64,000 nucleotides of DNA, taken from positions 32,001 to 96,000 of the forward strand of contig JBLGBK010000001.1 of assembly GCA_047617785.1 (NCBI GenBank), read 5' to 3'. The notes under the pieces were generated by a model. It had not been told where the DNA came from, made no database searches, and saw only the letters and a program-made list of their open reading frames with translations. The position numbers and the translations under genes were made by a program. Below, in pieces: positions 48,476 to 57,545 of the stretch; position 1 is the stretch's first letter, and every line of letters starts with the position of its first letter. The DNA comes from Colwellia polaris. Its GTDB lineage: Archaea > Nanohalarchaeota > Nanosalinia > Nanosalinales > Nanosalinaceae.

Positions 48476-48823
48476 CTAGATCATTTTCTCCAGTAGTTCA
48501 TCTAGGTTTTCTCGCTCTCCAAGCGCTCCACCCTGGTTTACGTTTCTCTTAGTGTCTCTGAAGCCTCCGGATGGAGGTGCAAGGTTGATTACGGTTCCGT
48601 GTTCAACTTGGACTTCTTTGGATTCTTCGATTGCTTCTACTGTTTCATCGCTGATTTCTCCGTAGGTGATGAAGTCTTTTGCCTGATTGAACATTCCTTT
48701 GATCGCTTCTTCGTCTTCGTAGATTACGCACTGGTTTCTTTTTTCTAGGTTAAGGTTGTGCATTGTTGTCTGTGTCTTGTGAGGGACGTCGTGTGTTCCT
48801 CGTACTCTGATTGCTGCTATCAC
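48476..48823 (-). CDS. rpl30: Ribosomal protein uL30 (short)
   Basis: AIRVRG, ITYGEI, LAPPSGGF. Confidence 0.92.
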   Translation of the reverse strand: MIAAIRVRGTHDVPHKTQTTMHNLNLEKRNQCVIYEDEEAIKGMFNQAKDFITYGEISDETVEAIEESKEVQVEHGTVINLAPPSGGFRDTKRNVNQGGALGERENLDELLEKMI

Positions 48824-49491
48824 TGTTTTTCACCTTTGTATTCTCCGATCTTTTTGAGTGCGTTGAATGTTGCTTTGATCAGGTTTTCTCGTGTACGTGT
48901 CTGGCCTCTGCTTTCTACCCAGACGTCTTCGAAACCTGCTAGTTCCAGGATTTTCTTGGTATCGTCACTTGCTGCGATCCCAATTCCCTTAGGTGCTGGT
49001 TTGAGTTCCACTTCTACGCTTCCAGATTTACCTGTTATCTTGAATGGTACGCTGTGGTCGGTTCCGCATGCGCATTCCCAGCTTCCACATCCGCTGCTTA
49101 CTTCGATAAGGTTGAGCTTTGCTTTACGGTTGGCGTCTTCGATCGCTGCTCTTGTGTCATCTGCTTCCCCCATTCCTAGGCCAATGATTCCGTTTCTGTT
49201 TCCTAGCACGGTCATGGATTTGGTGTTGTATCTTTCTCCTGATTTGTGCATTCTGCAGGTTCTTTTGGAGACTGTTCTTCTTTTTCCTCCTCCTTTTCCT
49301 GGAGTTCCTCCGATGAGGATTACTTCTTCTTCAAGGTCGACTAATTGGTCGACAAGCCCTGTTTCCATGATTTCTCGGTCATGGTTGAGTGCCTCTCTAA
49401 TAGTAGTTACTTGTCCTTTTGCAACCTGTCGTCCTAGTTTGGTCTTTGGTTTCCAGACTTCTTCCTGTTCTTGTTCGGTTTGTTGTGCCAT
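48820..49491 (-). CDS. rps5: Ribosomal protein uS5
   Basis: WKPKTKLG, GCGSWECACG, PAPKGIG. Confidence 0.96.
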   Translation of the reverse strand: MAQQTEQEQEEVWKPKTKLGRQVAKGQVTTIREALNHDREIMETGLVDQLVDLEEEVILIGGTPGKGGGKRRTVSKRTCRMHKSGERYNTKSMTVLGNRNGIIGLGMGEADDTRAAIEDANRKAKLNLIEVSSGCGSWECACGTDHSVPFKITGKSGSVEVELKPAPKGIGIAASDDTKKILELAGFEDVWVESRGQTRTRENLIKATFNALKKIGEYKGEKQ

Positions 49492-49497
49492 CTTATA

Positions 49498-50007
49498 TCA
49501 CTCGTATTCGTCGTCAATGTTTTCAATGGTTTTATCGAACTGTTCTGGAACATTCTTTCCTGTCATTTCTTCGATGTGTTCTCCCCGGATTCGTTCTTCT
49601 GCTGGGAAGATTCCCTCGCCTGCTGGTACTTCAAGTCCGCCGTCGATCAGTCCTTTGAGTGCGGCGTATTCTCTGCTTCCTTGTTTCGGTGTCTTGAGAC
49701 CTAGGTCTAGGATTGCTTCGTTGCTGTCAGCTTTCTTTGCTGCTAGGTATCCTGTCAGGTATGCTGCCGGAAGGTTTCCTGTGTGCTGAGTCCATCCGTA
49801 CTCGCGGAGATGCTTGCTTGTTGTCTGTGCTGTGTTTTCGTCTCCTCCTTCGTTGTAATGTGCGAGTTGTACGGTTGTGTGTTGGTTTGATGTTCTTACT
49901 ACTGCTCGTGGTTTGCCTGATTTCAGAAGTTTTAGTCGCTGTTTGTAGTCTGTTTTCTGTTCTCTTCGTCTTCTGAAAGGAAGGTTAAAGTTTGTTGAAT
50001 CTGCCAT
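49498..50007 (-). CDS. rpl18: Ribosomal protein uL18
   Basis: FRRRREQKTDYKQRLKLL, GNLPAAYLTG. Confidence 0.96.
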   Translation of the reverse strand: MADSTNFNLPFRRRREQKTDYKQRLKLLKSGKPRAVVRTSNQHTTVQLAHYNEGGDENTAQTTSKHLREYGWTQHTGNLPAAYLTGYLAAKKADSNEAILDLGLKTPKQGSREYAALKGLIDGGLEVPAGEGIFPAEERIRGEHIEEMTGKNVPEQFDKTIENIDDEYE

Positions 50008-50014
50008 TATTGTT

Positions 50015-50458
50015 TCACTGCTCCATCTTGTTTGCTACATGGTTTTCTAGGTGGTTTGTGTCTCGGAAGAATCCTCCTTTGCTCATATCGTAGAGCTTAC
50101 GGTATTCTTCCTGTGTGATCTCGTCGTTGTCTCTCATTTCTTTGAGACGGCTTCTGATTGCCCGGATTTTCTCCATCCATTTGTCCTTATCGCTTTTTCT
50201 TGCGGACTTCTTTCCTTTTCTGCTTCCCTGGCCTTTTCGCTGTCCTTTCTTTTTCTGTTGCTTGATCTTTTTGCTTCGGGCGTTGGAGGTTCCTTTTTCG
50301 TCTCTTTTCTGGATTGCTCCTCCTTCGATCAGGTTTCTGATGTCGTTTCGTGTGATTGCTTCTGATACTTCTTCCTGTTCGTCAGGGTTGATGTAGATCC
50401 GGTTTTCTCCTACATCTAGGATTTCTGCTGCCATTCGTTTCTGGTTTTTGAGATCCAT
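50015..50458 (-). CDS. rpl19e: Ribosomal protein eL19
   Basis: LKNQKRMAAEILDVGENR, AITRNDIR. Confidence 0.96.
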   Translation of the reverse strand: MDLKNQKRMAAEILDVGENRIYINPDEQEEVSEAITRNDIRNLIEGGAIQKRDEKGTSNARSKKIKQQKKKGQRKGQGSRKGKKSARKSDKDKWMEKIRAIRSRLKEMRDNDEITQEEYRKLYDMSKGGFFRDTNHLENHVANKMEQ

Positions 50459-50790
50459 TATTCTTGGTCACCTGAGTTGAGGACTTTGATATCCTGTTCT
50501 TCTGCTTTTTCGATTATCTGTGCTTTTTTACGTCCGCCGACGGTGCTTGCGACTCGTGCTGCTTCTGTTTCTGAGTCTATGTCGTCAAGATCTGCTGGTC
50601 GGTTGACGAGTTTTTCTTCGTATCCTGAAGGATGTAGTCCTCTCTGGCTTTTTGCTGTTCTGCGTCCAACTTTTGGAAGTTTTACTGCTCCTTTCTTCTC
50701 TAGTCGTGCACGTGAGTGCTTTCCTGTTGGTCGTCTCCAGGAGGTGTTCTTCAGTTTGCTTTTCTTGTGTTTGTCTTCTCTATTTTTCAT
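50458..50790 (-). CDS. rpl32e: Ribosomal protein eL32
   Basis: WRRPTG.HS, RGLHPSG, VGGRKK. Confidence 0.95.
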   Translation of the reverse strand: MKNREDKHKKSKLKNTSWRRPTGKHSRARLEKKGAVKLPKVGRRTAKSQRGLHPSGYEEKLVNRPADLDDIDSETEAARVASTVGGRKKAQIIEKAEEQDIKVLNSGDQE

Positions 50791-51317
50791 TATTGTTCAT
50801 CCTCCACATTTGTGATGTAGATTCCGTCTTGGAATGTTCTTGGATCGCGGTTTCCTTTCTTGGATAGTTGTTCGATCCGTGCTGCTGTCTGGCTTGCTGC
50901 TTCTTTGCTTGGACTGGTTACTGTGATTTCTTCGCCGTCGATCTGTACTTCGGCGTTGTCCATGATTTCTGCTTCTCTTGGCTTGCGTTCTCCCATAAAG
51001 TTTTCTACTTTGACTGTGTTTCCTTCTTTCTTCAGTGTCATTGGGAAGTGTGCGTAAACAGCTTTGAGTTCGTATTTGTGAGGGTTTTCGAGTCCTTTTA
51101 CCATGTTCTGTACATGGCTTCTGAAGGATTTGACGATGCTTGTAACGTTTCGTTTGTCTGTTTCTGTGCTGATTTCTATTTCATCGTCTTTTACTTCGAC
51201 TTGTACTCTTGCGTGGCTTAGTTCTTTTTCTACTTCTGTGCCGTTCTGGCTTAGTTTGAGTACTTCGTCTTTGTATTCTGCGTCTACTGCTTCTGGTAGG
51301 TTGACTGTTTCTTTCAT
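50790..51317 (-). CDS. rpl6: Ribosomal protein uL6
   Basis: YAHFP, NFMGERKPR, DPRTFQDGIY. Confidence 0.96.
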   Translation of the reverse strand: MKETVNLPEAVDAEYKDEVLKLSQNGTEVEKELSHARVQVEVKDDEIEISTETDKRNVTSIVKSFRSHVQNMVKGLENPHKYELKAVYAHFPMTLKKEGNTVKVENFMGERKPREAEIMDNAEVQIDGEEITVTSPSKEAASQTAARIEQLSKKGNRDPRTFQDGIYITNVEDEQ

Positions 51318-51329
51318 TTCTGGATCACT

Positions 51330-51731
51330 CTAGTAGACATAGCCGAGGAGTTTTCCACCGTGGTTCTCCTCTATTGCTTTTTCGTGGGTTTTGATGCCTT
51401 TCGGCGTGGTGACTATCAGGTGTCCGAAGTTTCGGGCTGGCAGGTATCTTTTTGCCCATTTGTCGTATTCGTCTACCTGTGTTGGGAAGTTTGGTTTGAT
51501 CGGTCGGCATTGGTTGAGGTTGTTTGTTACTTCTACTCTGAATTGGTCTCCTTGGCCGTCTTCGATCAGTTCGAATACGCCGATGTAGTCCAGTTTCTGT
51601 AGCTGGATTAGTACTTGTTTGATGGTTTCTGTTGCTGGTTCGATTTTTGCGTATTCGCGATCTTGCTGTACTGCGTTGTTGATGCTTGATAGTGCGTCGC
51701 TGAGTGGGTCTTGCTTCATCTTTTTGGTCAC
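51330..51731 (-). CDS. rps8: Ribosomal protein uS8
   Basis: DPLSDAL, YLPARNFG, GGKLLGYVY. Confidence 0.96.
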   Translation of the reverse strand: MTKKMKQDPLSDALSSINNAVQQDREYAKIEPATETIKQVLIQLQKLDYIGVFELIEDGQGDQFRVEVTNNLNQCRPIKPNFPTQVDEYDKWAKRYLPARNFGHLIVTTPKGIKTHEKAIEENHGGKLLGYVY

Positions 51732-51956
51732 CTATTTGAGTTGTTCAAATCCTAGGTCTTCTGCGATTTCTCGGAAGCATTGTCTACAGTAGTCAAGTCC
51801 GTATTTGCTGATTACTCCTCTGCCTGTTCTTCCGCATCTTCTGCATTCTTTCTTGGATTTTCCGAAGTCTTTTTCCTTCGGTACGTTGTGTTTTTCGAAT
51901 TTCTTTCGTTTTCCTGCTTTGTGGCTGATCTGGTCGAGTATTTCTTCGTATCCCAT
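51732..51956 (-). CDS. rps14: Ribosomal protein uS14 (N-terminally extended)
   Basis: [16 protein letters not shown]. Confidence 0.95.
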   Translation of the reverse strand: MGYEEILDQISHKAGKRKKFEKHNVPKEKDFGKSKKECRRCGRTGRGVISKYGLDYCRQCFREIAEDLGFEQLK

Positions 51957-52465
51957 TATTCTACCACCTCTGCGCCTAGTTCTTCTTCTACAAATTCTTG
52001 GGCGTCTTCTTCGTCGACTCTATGGTCTTTTCCTAGTTCTCCAGGCTTGTGGTGTCGCTGTTTGACTCTGTAACCAGGTCTTTCTAGCTTGACGTTCACT
52101 TCAAATCCTTTCATGCCGATGTCTGCGTCGTAGTCCATTCCTGGTACGTCGATGTATTCAGAGACTCCGAATCCGAAGTTTCCGTTGTCATCGAAGCTTC
52201 TTGCATCTATCTGGTTGTCTACTGCAGGAAGGATTTTTTCTAGGAAGTCTCGTGCTTCATCTCCTCTGAGTGTTACTTTGGCTCCTATGTTGAGTCCCTC
52301 TCTGAGCCCGAATGTCTTGCTTGTTTCTCCTGACTCTGTTCTTACTGGTTCTCTTCCTGTCAGTTTTTCGATTAGGTCGTATGCTTTTTCTACTCCGTCT
52401 CCGACCTGTCCTTCTGCGATGTTTACTGTTACTTTTGCGATGTGTACCTGCTTCATTTCATTCAT
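51956..52465 (-). CDS. rpl5: Ribosomal protein uL5
   Basis: [25 protein letters not shown]. Confidence 0.96.
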   Translation of the reverse strand: MNEMKQVHIAKVTVNIAEGQVGDGVEKAYDLIEKLTGREPVRTESGETSKTFGLREGLNIGAKVTLRGDEARDFLEKILPAVDNQIDARSFDDNGNFGFGVSEYIDVPGMDYDADIGMKGFEVNVKLERPGYRVKQRHHKPGELGKDHRVDEEDAQEFVEEELGAEVVE

Positions 52466-53118
52466 TGTGCATCACCTAGGTCTAGGCCTGTTGTTGCTAC
52501 CAGGTATTCTAGTCGTGTGTCGAACTCTTCGCCGTTGCTTACTGTGGCTGTGTCAGGGTTGATGCCCTGTCTGACTATATCTTGTAGTTCTCCTGTTTTT
52601 CCAGCGTGTTTTCCATCTGTTACTAGTACCTGTGCTCCTTCTTCAAGTACCGCTTCTTCTCCGTCGTTGAGCCGGAGTGTGTTTCCTACAGTGTATTCTT
52701 CACTTGTTCTGTAATTTTCTCCGTTGTGAAGATGGTATACGTATTCCTTCCCTTCGTCTTTCTTTCCTGTGATCTTTGCTACTAACTCATCACTTTCTGT
52801 TTCTAGGAACTCTAGCCTGTTCTTCTTTTTGACTACCCGGAATTTTTCTTCTGCGTCAGGTAGTTCGATGAGGTCTAGGTTGCCTACTCCTTCTCGGACG
52901 TCTCCTACTTCTTCGTTGTTTCTGAGTAGTTGTCCGTTTCGGATGATTTCTTTTGCTTCTTTTTTGGTTTCTGCGTAGTTTGTTACATCTCGTAGGAATA
53001 CTAGTGCCGGAATGGCATCTGTATTCTTTCTTGAACCTGTAATGGTTGTGATGTAGGTCTGATCCTTTCTCTGGATAGGATAATGTCGTGGTGCTGAAAG
53101 TCGTTTTTGATGTGTCAT
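52462..53118 (-). CDS. rps4e: Ribosomal protein eS4
   Basis: Start MTHQKRLSAP; GKHAGKTG. Confidence 0.93.
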   Translation of the reverse strand: MTHQKRLSAPRHYPIQRKDQTYITTITGSRKNTDAIPALVFLRDVTNYAETKKEAKEIIRNGQLLRNNEEVGDVREGVGNLDLIELPDAEEKFRVVKKKNRLEFLETESDELVAKITGKKDEGKEYVYHLHNGENYRTSEEYTVGNTLRLNDGEEAVLEEGAQVLVTDGKHAGKTGELQDIVRQGINPDTATVSNGEEFDTRLEYLVATTGLDLGDAQ

Positions 53119-53122
53119 CGGT

Positions 53123-53800
53123 TTACTTCTCCTCCTTTTCTTCATCTTCGTCTTCGGATTTTTCTAGTTCTTCTTCTGTCTCTTCAATTTCTTCTTCGAT
53201 CTGTTCGTCGACTTCTTCCTCTTCTTCAGTTTCTTCCTGCATCTGTTCGAGCTGTTCTTCATCAATTTCTTCTTCTAGTTCTTCAAGCTCTTCTTCGTCC
53301 ATATCCTGCATCTGCTGCGCTGCCTGCATCTGTTTCATCATTTCGTTTTCTTCTTCAGCTGCTTCTAGGACTTCTTCTACTTCTTCTTCGTCGACTTCAA
53401 TGCTGTCAAGATCTGCTTCTTCATAGCGCTTGATTCGTCTTTCATCTTCTATGCTTAGTGCTACTACTTGTAGGTTGGACGGTGGGAAGGGTACGTGTGC
53501 TTCCGTTCCATCCTGGCGATTCCTTGATAGGCCGTCAATGTATACTTTTTGTTCTTCTCTGTTGATGTTTCGGATAATACCTTCGCTTCCTTCGTATTCT
53601 CCGGTCATGACTTTTACTCGGTCTCCTCTTCGTAGGGAGATTGTCTTGGTTTCTAGTTCATCTCTGATCTCGTCACTTAGCCGTGATGAGAGAAGCTTAT
53701 CCTTTACATGTTTTGGAGCGTTTCTCTGGTATTTTCTCTGTTTGGAGGGTTTCTTGCTTGATTTCCATTCTTTGCTCCAATTTTCTGTTTTCTGTGTCAT
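53123..53800 (-). CDS. rpl24: Ribosomal protein uL24 with long acidic C-terminal tail
   Basis: SKKPSKQRK, RRGDRVKVMTG, PSNL. Confidence 0.95.
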   Translation of the reverse strand: MTQKTENWSKEWKSSKKPSKQRKYQRNAPKHVKDKLLSSRLSDEIRDELETKTISLRRGDRVKVMTGEYEGSEGIIRNINREEQKVYIDGLSRNRQDGTEAHVPFPPSNLQVVALSIEDERRIKRYEEADLDSIEVDEEEVEEVLEAAEEENEMMKQMQAAQQMQDMDEEELEELEEEIDEEQLEQMQEETEEEEEVDEQIEEEIEETEEELEKSEDEDEEKEEK

Positions 53801-53814
53801 TATCTGTTAAACCT

Positions 53815-54213
53815 CTATACTACCTGTGATGCGATTTTTCCAATTGGACTGTAGCGTTGTACTACTTCTTTTGCTATTGGACCTCGTGTTACTGATCCTT
53901 TTGGAAGCCCTGTTTCTTCTACTAGTACTGCTGCGTTGTCTTGGAATTTTACTCGGAGTCCGTCTGGTCTCTGGAATTCTTTTGCTTGTCTTACGATGAC
54001 CGCATCGAATACCTGGTGTTTGACTTCTTGGTCTCCTTTCAGGATTTTGACTTTGACTGTGTCGCCAATTCCTGCACTGTTTCTTCGGCTTCTTCGTCCT
54101 TGTCGGTGTTTTACCCCGATTATTTTGAGTTTTTTAGCTCCGCTGTTATCTGCGCATGTTAGTTCTGCGCCAATGTCTAGTCCTCTTGTGATGTTAGAAC
54201 CTATTGGTTTCAT
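53815..54213 (-). CDS. rpl14: Ribosomal protein uL14
   Basis: CADNSGAK, RPDG.RVKFQDNA. Confidence 0.97.
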   Translation of the reverse strand: MKPIGSNITRGLDIGAELTCADNSGAKKLKIIGVKHRQGRRSRRNSAGIGDTVKVKILKGDQEVKHQVFDAVIVRQAKEFQRPDGLRVKFQDNAAVLVEETGLPKGSVTRGPIAKEVVQRYSPIGKIASQVV

Positions 54214-54217
54214 TGTG

Positions 54218-54505
54218 TTACTCCTCTAGTTCTTCTTCGTCTGCTTTTTCTATTATTACGTGGCTTTTGGTCTTGGAAATAGGGCGTGTTTCGCCGACTT
54301 TTACTGTGTCTCCTTCCTCGACTTCGATGTCTTCAGGTATGTGGACGGAGATCTTAGTGTTTCGTCTTTCTTTTCTCTCGTATTTAGGCACGTTTTCTGC
54401 GTATTCCCATCTTACGGTTGCTGTTTTCTCCATTTTTGTGGATACTACTCTTCCTGTGAATTGTCCGCCTCTTACTGGGTATTCTGTGTCGGTATTGGTT
54501 GTCAA
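54218..54505 (-). CDS. rps17: Ribosomal protein uS17
   Basis: G.VVSTKMEKT, KYER, GETRPISKTK; TTG start after AGGTGA. Confidence 0.95.
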   Translation of the reverse strand: MTTNTDTEYPVRGGQFTGRVVSTKMEKTATVRWEYAENVPKYERKERRNTKISVHIPEDIEVEEGDTVKVGETRPISKTKSHVIIEKADEEELEE

Positions 54506-54537
54506 AGCTGTTTTGTCACCTTAAGTTTCTTTGTTTG

Positions 54538-54743
54538 TTCTTAGGTCGTGTGTTTTGTCGAGAAGGGGAAATTTCAACTAAACTGGATATTCCTTGACTA
54601 TTCGTGTTAGTTATCTGCCAAAAAACCAGTGTCTAGGATATGAAATACCTGTGATTTACGGGGTTTTTGACAGACCTAACCGAAAGTATCGAACCAAAGT
54701 GTTCGAGTTTCGTCAGGGAAATCGTATCCCTTCTCAGGTCGTA
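54538..54743 (-). ncRNA. Structured RNA / 5' leader of the uS17 (spc-like) operon
   Basis: Nested helices GAGAAGGG/CCCTTCTC, TTCCCTGAC/GTCAAGGAA, TCGAAC/GTTCGA, GTTAG/CTAAC, TCTGTCAAAAA/TTTTTGGCAGA; TATA upstream. Confidence 0.65.
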
Positions 54744-54763
54744 AGATTAGAAGTGTAAGTAAA

Positions 54764-54771
54764 TTTTAAAA
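54764..54771 (-). promoter_or_regulatory. TATA box for uS17 leader/operon
   Basis: TTTTAAAA about 25 nt upstream of the structured region. Confidence 0.55.
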
Positions 54772-54782
54772 GGGTGGTTTAT

Positions 54783-55028
54783 CTACAGGCGATCTTCAGG
54801 TCTTTCAAGAATTTCTCGTCCATCTAGTTCTACTTTCTGATTCTGTAGTTCGAACCGGAAAACACGTCCTTGTTTAGGCACCTGATGATTAGCAATTGTT
54901 AAAGTATTCTGTGTTTCGTCAAGGACTTCTCCTTTGATTCCTTCTTGAGAACTATCTGGAGAGTCTATCAGTTCAGCAGTTAAACCTATGAGTTCGTGTC
55001 TAGCCAGGTTTTCAGGTGTACGTGACAT
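54783..55028 (-). CDS. rnp1: RNase P protein subunit Rpp29
   Basis: HELIGL, GIKGEVLDETQNTL, VPK, RPEDRL. Confidence 0.93.
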   Translation of the reverse strand: MSRTPENLARHELIGLTAELIDSPDSSQEGIKGEVLDETQNTLTIANHQVPKQGRVFRFELQNQKVELDGREILERPEDRL

Positions 55029-55073
55029 AACAGAAGTAGATAGAAAGGATAAGAAAAGGAGTACTTAGGGAGT

Positions 55074-55382
55074 TTATCTCTGCACGTCGATTTGCTCCCG
55101 GTCAAATCCTTGGTCTACGAGGACATCTTCTATCCTATGTAGGTGGTTGCCCTGTAGCTCTATCTTGCCGTCTTTGGCTGTTCCACCGCAGGCAAGTTTG
55201 GATTTGAGCTTGGATGAGAGGTCGCCTAGATCTACTGATTCGTCGATTCCTTCGACTACTGTGACCTCTTTATTGTAGCTTCTTGTGTCGATTTTGACTT
55301 TTATGGTCTGGTCGTCTTTTGCTATATCGCCGCAGACGCAAAGGTCTTTTGGCATTCCGCATTTTGGACAAGTCTCGGACAT
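55074..55382 (-). CDS. sui1: Translation initiation factor aIF1 (SUI1)
   Basis: [30 protein letters not shown]. Confidence 0.96.
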   Translation of the reverse strand: MSETCPKCGMPKDLCVCGDIAKDDQTIKVKIDTRSYNKEVTVVEGIDESVDLGDLSSKLKSKLACGGTAKDGKIELQGNHLHRIEDVLVDQGFDREQIDVQR

Positions 55383-55428
55383 TTTAAGTATAATTTATAA
55401 TGGAGAAAGGGAATTATTTAAAGGGATT

Positions 55429-55626
55429 TTATTTCTGTTCGTTGAGAACCGTCTTGATCCGTGCGATCGTTCTCTTCATTTCCTTGATCCGGCCAGGATT
55501 TTCGGAAAATCCTCCTACTTCGATCTGTCCTCTTTCTTCTACTAGTTCCTGTTTAAGGTCTGTCATTTGATCTTTGAGTTCTTCTTTATCCATTTCCCGG
55601 ATTTCTTCTGTTCTTAGAATTGCCAC
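55429..55626 (-). CDS. rpl29: Ribosomal protein uL29
   Basis: EIREM, NPGRIKEMKRTIARIKT. Confidence 0.95.
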   Translation of the reverse strand: MAILRTEEIREMDKEELKDQMTDLKQELVEERGQIEVGGFSENPGRIKEMKRTIARIKTVLNEQK

Positions 55627-55646
55627 TTTTTATTCACCTTGAAATT

Positions 55647-56720
55647 CTATTTACGGTTCCTCAACCATTCAAGTAGGGTTTTACGGCCTTTGCCTTCTTC
55701 TTCAGCCTCGATCAGTTCTTCTACTGGAAGTTCTTCAAGATCTTCTTCAATTTCTCTTACTTGTTCCTTTGCTTCCTTAACTGTGCTGGAAACTACTTCT
55801 TCAGTATCTAGATCTTCGAGTTCTTCTTCAGCCTTTTCAAGCTGTTCTTCAACTTCTTCGACTTCCTCTTCGAGTTCTTCCTCTGCTTCTTCTACAGCTT
55901 CTTCAACTTCTTCCTCAATTTCTTCATCAAGTTCATCTGGCTGGTTCTCGAAGGCTTCTCTGACTTCATCCTTTGAGATTCCGCCTGTTTCTACTTCTTC
56001 TGGAAGTTCTTCGATTGCTCTTTCCAGTTCTGCTGAAGTCATGTCTTCTGCTTCTTTGATGATTTGGTCGATGATTTCTGGTTTCTCAGCTTCGTCTGCT
56101 TCTGCGCCTTCTGCCTGGTGCAAGATTTCTTCGTTTACATCTACATTACGGTGCATGAACTCCGGTAGTTCTTTCATGATTCGGACTTTGACTCCGATTG
56201 CCCCTGGCTTTGTACGTGCTAGCTGGTATGCTTTTTCGACGTTGTCTTTGGATGTGTTTCCGCATCTCTTTACGTATCCGAAAGAAAATTTCTCTGTTCG
56301 TCCACGGTTTCCAGATAGCTTTCCTGTGATCTCTATTTCTGCTCCAATTACTCCTGCTTCCTTCATTCTTCGGATGTATGTGTAGCCGACACGTTTTGCG
56401 TGTCCTCCTTTTTCTAGCCATGAAGCGATGCTTTTTGCTACGATTTCAGCGTCGGAGTCTGCATTCTCTATCTCGTTTACTTCGATCTGTGGGTTCTCAA
56501 AGTCGAATTCTTCCTCTAGATCTGTAGTTAGTTCTTTAATTCGAGAACCTCCACGTCCAATTACAAGTCCTGGACGCTGTGCGTGTACTACTATCTTTGT
56601 TGATGTAGGTGTTCTGACAAGTTCGCTTTTACTGTATCCTGCTCCTTCTAGCTCTTCTTCTAGGAACTCGTGCAGTCTTACCTTGCGTGCTCCTTGTTGT
56701 ATAAACTCTTTTTCTTGCAT
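55647..56720 (-). CDS. rps3: Ribosomal protein uS3 with acidic extension
   Basis: RPGLVIGRGG, GAEIEITGKL, GAIGVKVRIM. Confidence 0.95.
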   Translation of the reverse strand: MQEKEFIQQGARKVRLHEFLEEELEGAGYSKSELVRTPTSTKIVVHAQRPGLVIGRGGSRIKELTTDLEEEFDFENPQIEVNEIENADSDAEIVAKSIASWLEKGGHAKRVGYTYIRRMKEAGVIGAEIEITGKLSGNRGRTEKFSFGYVKRCGNTSKDNVEKAYQLARTKPGAIGVKVRIMKELPEFMHRNVDVNEEILHQAEGAEADEAEKPEIIDQIIKEAEDMTSAELERAIEELPEEVETGGISKDEVREAFENQPDELDEEIEEEVEEAVEEAEEELEEEVEEVEEQLEKAEEELEDLDTEEVVSSTVKEAKEQVREIEEDLEELPVEELIEAEEEGKGRKTLLEWLRNRK

Positions 56721-56735
56721 TAGTATAACCTCTTT

Positions 56736-57146
56736 CTATTTTTCGCCCACTACGATTTCTACGTGAGCTCTTTTGTTTGTTCCCTGATGTCGTCCAGGAG
56801 TTCTGAATTCTCTTCCCTGATTGGTCACGAAGTCTTCGACATAAAGGTTTGAAGGGTTTAGTCCTTCGTGTTCTGCGTTGCTTTCAGCGCTTTCAAGTAC
56901 TTCAAGCACGTTTTCTGCAGCTTTTACAGGATATCCTCCTGAGTCGCCAGGACCACTTCGGTGTCCTGCGTCGCTGTCGAACTTTGTGTAAGGTACGGGC
57001 AGTTCTTTTTCGATTACTTTGTTGAGTTTTCTCTTTGCTTTTTCAACTGAGTCTCCTTTCAGGAAGCGACCGATTTCGGTGCAGTCCTTCCAGGAAACGG
57101 GCATGTTTTTGCCCTGTGCCTTTGCCTGGTGTGTTGTTGTTTCCAT
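56736..57146 (-). CDS. rpl22: Ribosomal protein uL22
   Basis: VSWK..EI, GYPVKAA, AESNAEHEGL. Confidence 0.95.
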   Translation of the reverse strand: METTTHQAKAQGKNMPVSWKDCTEIGRFLKGDSVEKAKRKLNKVIEKELPVPYTKFDSDAGHRSGPGDSGGYPVKAAENVLEVLESAESNAEHEGLNPSNLYVEDFVTNQGREFRTPGRHQGTNKRAHVEIVVGEK

Positions 57147-57155
57147 TTTTGATCA

Positions 57156-57533
57156 CTACTTGAGCGGTACGTGCTTGGAAGATCTTGTTGCTCCAAGTCC
57201 TGGTGCGCTATGTGAGACTTTCTTCCGGGTTTTGGATAGTTCTCCGAGGTAGTGGCCGATCATTTCTGCCTGAATTTCTACATCTAGGAATCCTTGGCCG
57301 TTGTAGACCTTGATTGTCTTGCCTACCATTTCTGGTAGAACAATCATGTTTCTTTCATGTGTCTTGGCCACATCGCTGTCTTCAAGTGTTTCTAGTAGCT
57401 TTTTCTCATCTTTGTTCAGTCCGCGGTTGAGTTTACGTCGTCCTCGTGCGTTGAGAAGTTCTGCGAACTCGTCGCGGCTCATTTCCTTGAGTTCCTCAAT
57501 AGTCTTGCCTCGGTATTTGAAGTCTTCTGCCAT
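57156..57533 (-). CDS. rps19: Ribosomal protein uS19
   Basis: FKYRG, KTHERNMIVLPEMVG, MIGHYLGE. Confidence 0.96.
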   Translation of the reverse strand: MAEDFKYRGKTIEELKEMSRDEFAELLNARGRRKLNRGLNKDEKKLLETLEDSDVAKTHERNMIVLPEMVGKTIKVYNGQGFLDVEIQAEMIGHYLGELSKTRKKVSHSAPGLGATRSSKHVPLK

Positions 57534-57545
57534 TATTGTATCACG

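Noticed and set aside
48758-49789. 343-aa plus-strand ORF
   Set aside because: Antisense shadow of rps5/rpl18; Ser-rich composition expected from the reverse complement
54538-54743. RNase P RNA or SRP RNA, suggested by adjacency to rnp1
   Set aside because: No convincing P4 pseudoknot consensus and no SRP helix-8 motif; only a covariance-model search would exclude a highly divergent form
55639-56385. 248-aa poly-Ser ORF (also 53088-53426)
   Set aside because: Reverse complement of GAA-rich acidic tails of uS3/uL24
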